From: Gekko japonicus
Lineage: Eukaryota
Length of the DNA: 64,000 nt
Assembly: GCF_001447785.1 (NCBI RefSeq)
Contig: NW_015177038.1
Coordinates: 363,759 to 427,758, forward strand
Reading direction: 5' to 3'
Shown here: positions 48,660-60,025 of the stretch, in pieces
Position numbering within the stretch: position 1 is the stretch's first letter
Layout of the letters: every line of letters begins with the position of its first letter
The notes under the pieces: generated by a model
Database searches by the model: none
Told to the model about the DNA's origin: nothing
The model's input: only the letters and a program-made list of their open reading frames with translations
Program-made: the position numbers and the translations under genes

Positions 48660-49519
48660 GGGAGAGGGGGCACATATAGATGCTGAACAACACTGAAGAG
48701 AGGATTGCCCCCTGAGGGGCCCCACATACAAAGAGGGGTGGCCTTGAAGTGGCTTACCTGATTTCTCCAGGGTCAGGGACAGAAGGTAGCGCTACCCTCT
48801 GTCCCTGACCCTGAAGAAATGAGGTAAGCCCCTTCAAGGCAACCACATGAATTCCCACATTAGCATGGGATTACAGCATATGGGATCACCGCATACGTTG
48901 GGAGAACATCTGCCATTCAAATGCCAAGGAAATAATAAGGAATTTTAAAATCTCTCCTGTACAATCCTCAGTTTTCTCATGCATAAAATTATATTAATTT
49001 TCTTATCCAGTGCATGGTATTACCAAGATAACTTATCAGAGGCCTCAGCTATAATAGGTCTCTAGTCACAAATAGGTAATATATACCCAGGATACTTTAC
49101 TTCCAATTTGTTAAAGCAATGCTTTGGTGAAAAACAAATAAACAAACATGCCCCAAAGTGTAATAGGAGATAATTGCATCAGAGTTTGAGTTTGTTCCCT
49201 CTGTAATTCCCTGGGGAGATGATCTTTTCAAACTTAAATACTCTCAAAAGCCAAGAGTTGAATAAATTAAGAAGTGAACCTTTACTCATTGTTTCTTTGG
49301 GGAATGGCACTCTATCCAAACTATTTTAGACGTTCTTCAAAAACATCATACAGTCTACATTTTTAATCATTGTATGATATTGAATTCTAAGAACCTAGGG
49401 ACTTTTGGTTGCCATTTTATGGACATTTCCCTGGGAGTTTCACAGCACCTATTGCAATGACCTTCATTACCAGCCATAGAACAGTTAGTCTAATACAATT
49501 CATATTTTGTTTTTTGCAT

Positions 49520-49677
49520 GCGTAAAGTGTTGTCAGGTTGCAGCTGACTTATGGTGACCCCAGCAAAGGGCTTTCAAGGCAAACAAAAGGCATAGGTGGT
49601 TTGCCATTGCCTTCCTCTGCAGAGTCTTCCTTGGTGGTCTCCCTTCCAAGTACCAACCCTGCTTAGCTTCTGAGATT
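49520..49677 (-). mobile_element. 5S rRNA-derived SINE with RTE-like tail
   Basis: Minus strand atctcagaagctaagcaggg...gtacttggaagggagacc (5S A/C boxes) fused to gaaggcaatggcaaacc; second copy at 56101-56233. Confidence 0.75.
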
Positions 49678-49750
49678 TAAAAAAAATCCACACATAGTAT
49701 AATTTGTCCATTAACATATGCCGGAAACACATATTTCATATTGCTGCAGC

Positions 49751-50145
49751 CAGGGCTATTTTGGGGCAGGAACGCACAAGAACGGAGTTACGGCTGGCTC
49801 CCAAGTTGGCCATGCCCAGCGGGAACTCATTAGCATAATAGGCCACACCCAACAGAAGAAACTCATTAGGATTGGCTACTTTAGGGGTGTGTGGCCTAAC
49901 ATGCAAAGGAGTTCCTGCTACAAAAAAGTCCTGGGTTTTGACAACAACCAAGGTAAACAGAATATGAAGCAAAAGGTGGGTGTGGCTGGATGACCACACT
50001 TCTGGTAACATGGGGGTGCATCCTAATGTGTTAATGAGCTGTGCTGGCAGGGGTGTGGCCTAATATGCTAATTACTTTCTGGTGTTGGGTGTGGCCTGTT
50101 ATGCTAATGAGTTCCTGCTGGGCTTTTTCTACAAAAAGAGCACTG
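49751..50145. mobile_element. Non-autonomous hAT element with atgctaatgag / ggggtgtggcc repeats
   Basis: cagggct...agcactg ends, perfect TSD gctgcagc. Confidence 0.8.
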
Positions 50146-50591
50146 GCTGCAGCTAATATCTCAGAAAGCCAAAACAAATGAAGGGTCTTCACATTACAGA
50201 ATTCTTTCAGCTAATGAAGGGACAAGAGGAAAGGAAACTCAGAACAGATTTTTTAAAAATATATATTTTTATTCAATTTATAACAACATAAAATACGTGT
50301 ACTGCTTTACAATTTTATCAGTAAATTTAGTTTCACGATGCTAAGTATTTCAAAAGATAAATCCTCACTTGAATATGCAGAGTAGACTTAGTAATGTTGA
50401 TGATACGAAGCCTATTGATTTTTAGAACCCTGTGAGAGTAATTAATATAGGACATTGGCAAACCCACTAACATTTAGAAGTAAATTCATAGTGTCAACCA
50501 TTTGTGGTAGCATGGATTAGATGGAAGCATATCATTTGCTATCAAGAAAGAAAATATTTGTGTTATGTATTGATACGGACATGTCTGGACA

Positions 50592-50870
50592 TGTAGCGTT
50601 AGGAAGCCATGCGGTCTAGCGCACCTTCAGGATTTAGAACAATAGCCGACTCGGATACTAGTGCGGACCAATAGGTTTGCCTGGATCCTAAGGTTGACCT
50701 ATGACGGACTCTTACACTGTAAATAGCCAATCACAGGAGTGGGGGGGTGTTGTGTGCTGCACAGATAAAAGCAGGGTTCGAACCCGGCTAGTTTGTCTCT
50801 AATAGAGCAGAGTTTCACTAATAAATATGAGCTGATCACTTGCTAACGCGTCTGAACCCAGTACATTATA
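50592..50870 (+). mobile_element. LTR-like sequence related to 11431-11745
   Basis: TG start, shared cactgtaaata, gggtgtt, cactaataaa and cgtctg...gtac blocks; no TSD found. Confidence 0.55.
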
Positions 50871-50909
50871 ATTGGGAACCAAACTGAGTCAGATTTAGAG
50901 TAATACAAG

Positions 50910-51815
50910 AGGGGACCCGCAACAAAATGTTGCTGGAGCCCGGTCCCAGCAAGTGAGGTCGACGGGGGCCCCAAGAGAGCCCGTGGGTGACGCTGCCTTT
51001 GCAGTCCCAGGCACTGACTTTTTGCTCGGAAGGAGGGCAAGAAGTCCTCCGTGCCGGGGCTGTCCCGCTATGTCCCTTCAGCCGCCCCCTCGCCCTTCTG
51101 CACTTTCCTCGACCTCCGCAGCACCAATTGGGGGCGGGCCCCGCTATCACCGAGACAACACCGGGAGCGGGGAGGAAAGGAGGAGGGAGGAAGCCTCTTT
51201 AAAGGCAAAGCGTCCGCGTAATGCTGCTCCGTGCGACTCCCAGTCCTTTTAAAGCCCTCGGCCGCAGAAGGGCGGAGACACACCGAGGCCATTCAGCTGT
51301 GGAGGGAAGCCGCTTCCACCCCCTCCCCCCGGGGAGGGGGAGCCGGATAAGGAAGGATGAGGGAGCACAAATCTCTCGGGGCTCCTCCTTGCCGTCTGCC
51401 CATCCGCAGGAGGTGGGGGAGAGCGGAGCCCGGCAAACTTTGCCAACTTGGCAATCTCTCCCGCTCCCCACATTGCCAACATCCCCGGGGGACCCCGGGG
51501 GACTCACCCCGAACGATACAGGACTTCAGCTGTGGGGGGGGGAGAATGGCGGCAGGCCTGGGGACGGTTCCTGTGGCGACATGGACGGGTGCTGCTGCTT
51601 TTCCCGCGGCTTTTCCCGCGGCTTTTCCCGTGGCTCAGTAAGTACGCATGCGCACAGAACGCAGTTTTACTTTTGGGGGGGATTTAAGTATCCCCCCGAT
51701 ATTTTTTCAAACTTTTAATAGGTATCCGCGGGCCCCAGGTGTGCACAAAACTCTCAATCCCCCCAGCTGCCCCCGGTGCGCGGATTTAGGTATCCGCACA
51801 CCAGGGGGCGACTTC
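50910..51815. promoter_or_regulatory. CpG island promoter, probably of the zinc finger gene and possibly bidirectional
   Basis: High GC/CpG; GC box ggggcgggc, YY1-like aatggcggc, triple ttttcccg E2F-like, NRF1-like acgcatgcgc, donor-like gtaagt at 51638, CTCF-like 51798-51812. Confidence 0.75.
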
Positions 51816-51859
51816 AGTGTTAGATATATAGATGTTGCACCTGTTTTTGTTCTATTTAA

Positions 51860-52320
51860 CTTGTCTGAGATTTTTGCTCCCGTATCTTATATCAGGCAGT
51901 GAGCGTAGGTGGTACTGGGGATTTCCAACAGGAGGCAATGGCTAAAGATGCTGTTGCAAGAAGTCTAGCGGTTAGGTCTTTCTTCCTATCAGTGATTGAT
52001 TCATCCCAGTGATTCAATAGTAAGATTTCTGACCTAAAAGTGATGTTCTGAGCTGTAATTTCGTTAATTTGTTTTGTGATTTCTTCCCAGAACTGAAGAA
52101 TCCGACGACAACTCCACCAGCAATGAAGGTAAGATCTTACATGTCCACATTTTTTCCAACACAATGGACTATTGTTTGTGTTTATCCTGTGTAATTGTTG
52201 AGGGGTCATGTACCACCTCGAAATGAGTTTAAAATATTGTAATAGAATATTATAAATGCTAGATGTGTTTGCAGGCGAAGCCCAGATATCGTCCCAGTTC
52301 TTTTCCTGCCACTGAAATTA
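51860..52320 (-). mobile_element. L1 ORF2 C-terminal fragment
   Basis: RWYMTPQQLH...CWKKCGHVRSYLHCWWSC...FWEEI. Confidence 0.8.
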
Positions 52321-53272
52321 GAAATTTTTCACTGTCTCAGTGTGACGAATAGATTAAGAACCCCTCATTCGGGACCAAAATATTTCACTGTCAGCCCCAA
52401 AATACAGCATTCAAGGAGATTTCTAGCCCACACCTAGTGGTTGGCAACTAGGATTTCCAGGCATGGCTTGGCAACCAGTGAGAGATGGGGGAGGCAGAGA
52501 CCTATGGTGTGGGGAGGTGCTTGTCATTGCCCAGTGCAATGCTGCCATTTCCTATGTGCTCCTCAAGTGATATAATGCCAGGCATGTTGTCTTAGCATTC
52601 ATCCAACACTCCCAGCACAATGATATTACTTCCAGGTTGCCCTAGAAGTAGCATCATTGCACTGAACAGTGCCTTCCCCTAACCTAATTACCATCCTCCA
52701 GGGGAGGCCAGGAGCTCTCCTGGAATTAAACTGATCTCTAGACTACAGAGATAAGTTCCCCTGAAGAAAATGGCTGCTTTGCAGGGTGGACCCTAAGTCA
52801 ATATACCCCACTGAACATTCTCCCCTCCCTAAATCCCTCCATCCCCAGGTTCCACCACAAACCTCCAAGCATATCCCAACCTGGAGTTGGCAACCCTATA
52901 TCTTAGCTAGCATATCCACCCCTTAGAAATGTATTTTCATTTAGCTATACCTTTACATGGTCTCTGTTTTTCTAACTGGGTGTGCTCATCATGATTCACC
53001 CTGTACTTTCTTTGATCTGGTCTGATTTTATGTTAATTCTTTACCTGACTAGTACTACCAGCTGTTGGAAGTGGTCCTCAGTCACTCGGAGTGGATAGAT
53101 CACTTGTTGTTTGGCTCTTGTTCTAAACTGACTGCTCTTTGCAACACCTTTCTCATCCCAGCCTTTCTTTTGTTTGTAACTTTAAGTAGAAATTGATCTG
53201 CCTGCCTAAGGGATGTACACTTCATATTTATATGTGTGTATACCAGTACCATACACTGAACCCAGTCAGGAG

Positions 53273-53692
53273 CAGTGTTCCCTATAAGCTGAGTTAGTGT
53301 GAGCTGGCTCACAGTTTTTTAGCCTCCAGCTCACCTATTTTTGTCTTCTCTCAGGAAGGATGGCTCCAGAGCAAACGAATTTAGGCAGTACCCAAATCGC
53401 TCGCTCACAACTTTAATGCCAGTAGTTCACAGAGTAGAATTTTTGCTCACAAGACTCCACAGCTTAGAGGGAGCATTGCTTCCAACCAGTGTTCCCTCTA
53501 AACTGAGTTAGGTTGAGCTGGCTCACAGTTTTTTAGCCTCCAGTTCACAGATTTTTGACTCTGCTCAGGAAGGATGGCTCCAGAGCAAACTAATTTGTGC
53601 AGCAGCCAAATCGCTCCCTCACAACTTTAATGCCAGTAGCTCACAGAGTAGAATTTTTGCTCACAGGACTCCACGGCTTAGAGGGAGCATTG
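53273..53692. mobile_element. Head-to-tail dimer of the ~205-bp hAT MITE
   Basis: Copies 53273-53478 and 53487-53692, 8-bp spacer, outer TSD gtcaggag/gtcaagag. Confidence 0.9.
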
Positions 53693-54557
53693 GTCAAGAG
53701 TCATGTTTAAACTGTGCTGACACGTCCAATTGGGATGGGGCTAGTAAAGCAAATAGAAACCTTTAAAAAGTTGCTAAGCGTATATGATTTGGATCAAATA
53801 ACGTCTGTTCAGGGGCTCAGACGTTCAAAGGCAGAGGGATGTGCGGCTGACAGAGGAAAGGATTCCAGTCAGGGAAAAAGCGTTTTCTGGTTGCCCACCA
53901 GAGGGCTCCGGCTTTCACTAGAAGAGAAGAAGGTGCCGACTTCTCTCTCTTTGCTCCAGACAACAGGGTCTTTTTTTCCGGGTTAGACCGAGGTCGCTGC
54001 ACCTTCATCTGTCTCTGACGTTTGGGTTGCAATGAGGCCTCGGCCGGGAAAACCCTCTCCCCCCCCCTTTTCGTTGCTTCGGTTTCCAGCGAAGACCGTC
54101 TCCTGCATCCTTCCTCTCCGGCTGCTTGGAGCAATTAACCCTTAACCACCCAGATACACGCCTGCAGTGAAAAGCTCTCCAGCAAAGGATTGCGCGGGGG
54201 GGGGGGGGGGGGGGCGACAACAACAACATTTCCCCTCTCCCATCTTTCTGTGCCCACCTCTGCCTTCCCTTTCCGCTGCTCCACTTTTATTTCAGAGGTG
54301 TGTGTGCAAGATCAAAAGAAGGCGCATAAGACAGGAGAAGGCTATAACAGGACTTGGAACTGTTGCTGTCTTTTGTTCAGGCTCCTCCTGTGGGAAACTA
54401 GGACCTTAATATGAAGCAGAGTTCAGTGATGATAACGCTTTGTCCAGGATGCTGCCATAGAACATGAAGGAAAGGAAAGAGCGTTTTAAGAGCGCCTTCA
54501 CTCCCATCTCGAATCTGTTTGTTATTCCTTGTATTTTTAGCCTTAAGAAGTCAGGAG

Positions 54558-54759
54558 CAATGCTCCCTCTAAGCTGCAGAGTCTTGTGAGCAAAAATTCT
54601 GCTCTGTGAGCTACTGGCATTAAAGTTGTGAGTGAGCTATTTGGCTACTGCATAAATTAGTTTGCTCTGGAGCCATCCTTCCCTGAGAGAAGGCAAAAAA
54701 CTGTGAGCTGGAGGCTAAAAAGCTGTGAGCTAGCTCACAATAACTCAGAGGGAACACAG
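54558..54759. mobile_element. hAT MITE, inverted relative to the dimer
   Basis: Perfect TSD gtcaggag. Confidence 0.88.
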
Positions 54760-55055
54760 GTCAGGAGCACTTAAGTGACAACCCTGTCTCTTGTATGTCA
54801 TGTAGATGTTAGTCACATTTCAGACTAAAGCTTGTGGTGAAACATCACTGAGAGCAGTGTAGAACTTAGACTCTGAGAATACAGTGGAGAAACCCAAGTT
54901 CAAGCAGTCACTGGGGGCAGTCAGGGTTGTTGTGAGGCTAAAGTGGTAGGGAGGGAGGGCCATTTATGCTGCTCTGGGTTCCAGGGCAGAAGACTATGAC
55001 AATGATATTGTCTCATTTTGCTTCTATCCCACAGGCTGTAGAGTTCCCTTACAGA

Positions 55056-55529
55056 ATGGCTTCCCAGACGTTTCCGCTTTCACAGAAACAAGCAGAAGAA
55101 ACTGGATATTTTGACCCGACGGATCTCTTTGGCACCTGGACTGGAATGGGGTGGATGCCCTCCTTGTTTTCTTCAGTCTCCAGGAAGGCTCCAGAAGCCT
55201 GTTGCTCCCTAAAAGAAGATCCAGTTGACACACCCCCCGAGGTCATCGTCGCTGTGCCCAAAGACATCGAAGAAAGTAACAGACAGAGGTTTCGCTTGGG
55301 AACCGTTCCTGTGGGAGAAACTCCCTGGCAGACTCTGTCCCGGCTGGATGAGGCAGCCCAGAGGTGGCTACGGCCGCAGGATCGCACCAAAGGACAGATT
55401 GTGGATATGATCGTCCTGGAGCAATTTCTGGAAGTGCTGCCGTGGGGAATGCAGACCTGGGTGAGAGCCAAGGAACCAAGAAGCAGTGAGGAGGCAGCTC
55501 GGCTGGCTGAGGCCTACCTGGGGCAGCAG
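55056..55529 (+). CDS. SCAN-KRAB zinc finger gene, coding exon 1 (SCAN domain)
   Basis: Acceptor cccacag at 55034, ATG 55056, RQRFR...RWLRP...LEQFLEVLP...WVR...EEAARLAEAY, phase-0 donor CAG|GTATTG. Confidence 0.85.
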
Positions 55530-56300
55530 GTATTGTCTGAAAGAGAAGGTCACATCTGCATATTTTGTGCTGGTGTTCTCAGACCCTAGGAAAGCAAAGC
55601 ACTCGCACACGACGGATCTCTCCCCTAGGCTTGAATAAAGACTGGGGTTTCCTCACTCCCTATAGGGGTTAACAGCTGGGCACTGCCCACTCTTTACAGT
55701 TGTTAAGTTGTTCTTCCTGTCTTGTTTCACCCTGCACCTTCCTTGGCTAGATTTTATGTCTATCCTATTCTGTCCATCTCCTCCAGTTAGGTGTCATCCT
55801 AGGGGAGTCATCTTTACCCACCTTACCCTATTGAAGAATATGGAACTTTGGAGTAGACTTGCTCAGCATTACACCCAGAACCACCTACGTATGCATGGAT
55901 TAGGAAGCTGGCAATCTTCCTCTTATCTCAGTCAGGGCATATACAAGAAGAGAAGACAGTAAGCAGCCATTCCTTTGGCAAGTGTTCCTGCTCAACAGAG
56001 AGGCCTGATGCATATGTTGCAATCCATTGAACTAAGATAAAGACATCATAGCACCCACTATAGTATATTTATATTATTATATTATTATTATTATTATTTG
56101 TTCAGAGGTGGGTTTGCCATTGCCTTCCTCCATACAGTCTTCCTTGGTGGTCTCCCATCCTAGTACTAACTATGGCAGACCCTGCTTAGCTTCCAAGCTA
56201 TGACCAGGGTGGGCTAGTCTGAGCTATTAGGCTGCTGCTAATAATAATAACAATAACAATAACAGGGTCAAATATATAATGTGCTTGCTTTCTTTACTAG

Positions 56301-56477
<177 letters not shown>

Positions 56478-56582
56478 TAGCAGCTGTGGTCCATGCTGCA
56501 TTTCCCTCATGCTGCTACAGGCTATGCCAGTCGCACAACTGGGAGCTTGGGTTGACTTGTGATAATTCAAAATTGCTGTGGC

Positions 56583-56789
56583 CAATGTTCCCTCTTAGCT
56601 GTGGAGTCCTGTGAGCAGAAATTCTACTTTGTGAGCTACTGGCCCTAAAGTTGTGAGCAGGTAGTTTGGCTGCTGCATAAAATTAGTTTGCTCTGGAGCT
56701 ATCCTTCCTAAGCCAAGACAAAAATGTGTGAGCTGGCTGCTAAAAAACTGTGAGCTAACTCACACTAACTCAGCTTAGAGGGAACACTG
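56583..56789. mobile_element. hAT MITE
   Basis: TIRs and perfect TSD gctgtggc. Confidence 0.88.
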
Positions 56790-57109
56790 GCTGTGGCTGT
56801 GAATCATTACCCAACAAAATGAGGACTGGGTTCAGCGTATGGTATGGGTATACACACAAGTGGTTCAAACTATAGGATCATAGAGGGAAACAAGGGTGGG
56901 CTACGTGAAAACAACAGATATCCTTGGGAGCTATGGATATGCCCATCATCTAGAAAGTAAAATGATCGATTTGTTAGATTTCTTTACCTTGCTTGCTGAT
57001 TTTCTATGCCAGCACTGAATATAAACTTGCACTGAACTGACTTTAATGCTGAGTTTAGATGGCTGTTCCATAAATCTATCATTCCCTGCCATCTCTTTCC
57101 TCGTCCCAG

Positions 57110-57247
57110 AGCAACTGATTGCAACATCTGATCCAGTTCTCCATCCTGAGTGTATGGAAGAATCACACATCATGAACCTCCAAAAGCCAAATAAAAAGGA
57201 AATCACTTGCAAAGGTGTTACAAGGAGCGACAATGTAACTGAGTTTG
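57110..57247 (+). CDS. Zinc finger gene, linker / KRAB-B-like exon
   Basis: Pyrimidine-rich cccag acceptor, open 138-bp phase 1-1 exon, G|GTGAGT donor. Confidence 0.7.
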
Positions 57248-58251
57248 GTGAGTGCCTTTCTCCATTTATTGATTTCAGGCATTAATACTCCACCTATAGG
57301 CAGCTACACGTTCAGTGCAATCGAACATAAAACCAATAAAATCATACATCACAATAGCAAGATTAAAAAATAATAATTCAGCAGCATTTAACACATGTCC
57401 TGAAAGACAGGAAGAAAAAAGACAGATGGGCTTTCCCTAGGAAAACAAAGACTTGAACTTTGTTCCCTAGGAAAGGAGCATTATAATCTAGGGGCTACCC
57501 TCAAAATGGTCCTGTCCTTTGACAGCCATCTATACAGGATGAAGTTTAACATACATCACACCCTTGGGGGATGACCTAAGCCTAGACAACTGGGGAGGTT
57601 CCTATGAGAGCAGGTAGTCCTAGTAGCTTGGACCAGACTAATAGGGCTTTAAAGATCACAATCAACTTCTTGAATTGAACCCAGAAATGAATTGGGAGCC
57701 AATTAGCAGTGCAATCCCATACAGAACAGTCTAAGCCCGTTGGTTTTAATGAGCTTAGATTGGAGTACCTCTGCATAGGATTGACATGGAAATCCAGTAA
57801 GAATGAGATGTGATTGTGCTCTTTGTGGTGGGCATGCTTTATTGATTAGATTCAGCTAGAATGAGGACGGATGTTTATAATGATACCAGCCGTGTTATCC
57901 CCCATGCGTAACCAACATTCTGCCCCCTTTTCTAGGAATAATCCATGAAACCGAAATACAATTGGGACATATATTGTTTCCACTTCCTTTCCATGTTCCC
58001 CAAGACTGGAAGGAACAGGTCTAGGCTATGCTTTGTTAGTACTATCATCATTTATTCCAGTAATTCCCCCAAAATGACCAGGAACAGGAAGCGAGGAGTG
58101 TCTGAATAATGAAAGTATCTTGTGAAAGAAGAACATCCACTGAAAGGAACGACACTGTGTCTCTACATGATTTCCCACTCTGGGTTTGCTGCCTTCATTT
58201 TTAAAATTAGTTTTAAGCCACTTGAAGCAGGGCTCTGGAGAGGCAACATAT

Positions 58252-58566
58252 TTTTGTTGTTCAGTCGCACAGTTGAGTCTGACTCTTCGCGACCCCATGG
58301 ACAAGATTACGCCAGGCCTTCCTGTCTTCCACCATCCTCTGAAGTTTGCTCAATTTCATGTTCGTTGCATCTATGACACTGTTTAACAATCTCATCCTTT
58401 GCCGTCCCCGTCTTCTTTGACCTTCAATCTTTCCCAGCATCAGGGTCTTCTCCAGTGAATGCTCCCTTCTCATTTGGTGGTCAAAGTATTTGAGCTTCAG
58501 TTTCATTATCTGGCCTTCCAGGGAACAGTCAGGGTTGATTTCTTTTAGGACTGAGTCAATCCTAAA
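58252..58566 (-). mobile_element. BovB (RTE) LINE 3' fragment
   Basis: SVLKEINPDCSLEGQIMKLKLKYF...SLEKTLMLGKIEG; 11-bp TSD aggcaacatat. Confidence 0.9.
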
Positions 58567-59899
58567 AGGCAACATATACATTTTCTAAATAAATGATGGC
58601 TTTTTAATTGGAGGTTGCTTGTTGCATCTCTGCATGAATCCCTGCAATAGGATAGCCTCCTGTCAATCAAGAGGTGCACTCAGATAGAACACTGACTTGC
58701 ACAGAAACTAGAGGCAAATGATTCTTGCACTTTCATATGATAAAAGTAAACTACTTTGAGATGTAAGAGTTAAATGTCACTCCTATTTTTTTGAACAAAG
58801 TACCTTAGCTATTAAAAGTTTAAGATACACTAATGTGTTCTCAAATGATTCTAGCAAAGAACAGAGCAGGGAAAGATAAAAGAGACCACAATGTTATCAC
58901 AAATTATCAGTGCTTTCCAATACAACTTACTAGTCACACCCAAGGCACTTGGGCTGTTTTAAATTGCTGTGGGCAGGTGGCAACATCAACTTCATTATGT
59001 ATCTCGTTTTTATCTTGCCCTTCCTCAGGGTGGCTTACACCATTTTCCCTTTTTCCATTTCATCCTTACAATGACCCTACAAGGTAGCGTCATCTGAAAG
59101 ACAGGATTGGTCCAAGCTCATCCATTTCCTGAAGTGATTCAGTTCAAGAAAGCAAAAGGTTATATATGTCTCCTGCCTTTGCCCTGTCCCACAGTAGGCA
59201 ATGAGAAAGGCTCAGTGGTAAAACATCTGTTTTGCATGGTCTCGGGTTTAATTCCTAGCATCTCTGGTTAAAACATTGAAGTGATGTGGAAAAACCTCTA
59301 CTTGAGGCCCTGGAGAACTACTGCAGTCAGAGGAAGAGAGAAGCAATGGTCTGCTTCAGTAGAAAGCAAGCTCATTTTTTACACTATGTTATTTTCCTTT
59401 GACGATAAGGTAGTTTAAAGAAAGTTCCCAGAAGTCATTTGCTCCTCTAGCTGGTTTATAGACCATATTCACATTTCTTTTGCACATTTCCCCTTAGCAC
59501 AGAGATGGAGGTTAATTAAAGACAGCCAAGCGACCTGACGAAGCATTGAGGGAAACAGATTGTTTACCCGGGAAATCTGTAGTTGCATGGCAATTGTTGG
59601 AAGCAGCAGCAGCACTGCATGACGTTAAATAAAGAAACAAGAAGAAGAAGAGGCACATTCGTGGACTGTAATTGGACTACAATCAATTTTGCACAATGAA
59701 CATTGGTGGGGTGCAACCTTGGTTGAGTCACTGTGGTCCATTTGTGGCTGGAAGAAACATCTGGCCAGCCGCTGCAGGAGACAAAAGGCTGGATGAGCGA
59801 GACTTTTTGTTAGATCCACAGTGGCAGTTTGAATGCTCTTGTTTATCATAAATGTTTTCTGCATCCTTCCTCTGATCTTGCTTGTTTTCCATGATCCAG

Positions 59900-60025
59900 A
59901 ATTGCCATCTCCCAAACTAGACAAGATTTCCTCTCCCCATGAATATGACTGGATGTTCCAGATGCGACAAGAGAAAGAGATTCAGATGCTGAATGAGGAG
60001 AATTGCCAAAGAGACTCTTGCTCAG
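59900..60025 (+). CDS. Zinc finger gene, KRAB-B-like exon
   Basis: 126-bp phase 1-1 exon ELPSPKLDKISS...DSCS, CAG|GTGAAC donor. Confidence 0.7.

Larger units (their letters stand above)
45900..48865 (-). mobile_element. L2 LINE ORF2 remnant interrupted by a hAT (46044-46518) and two solo LTRs
   Basis: PQGAILSSVLFSIYM, CHQYADDTQLYL, LRLNPSKTEVL, SRLDYCN, KLQLVQKAAA, IRFKLLVLTFKALNGLGP motifs rejoin across the insertions; hAT TSD tggggata. Confidence 0.9.

Noticed and set aside
50843-51902. Many overlapping ORFs in the CpG island
   Set aside because: Expected from high GC content; no domain similarity recognisable.
54966-55034. Upstream part of the 207-aa SCAN ORF
   Set aside because: Runs through a SINE remnant and polypyrimidine tract before the acceptor at 55034; intronic.
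56101-56233. 5S rRNA-like sequence (also 49600-49677)
   Set aside because: Diverged, partial and fused to an RTE-type tail: a SINE, not an rRNA gene.
57936-59680. Extra zinc finger exon candidates after AG at 57935, 58059 and 59497
   Set aside because: They contain stops or give incompatible phase with the flanking phase-1 exons.
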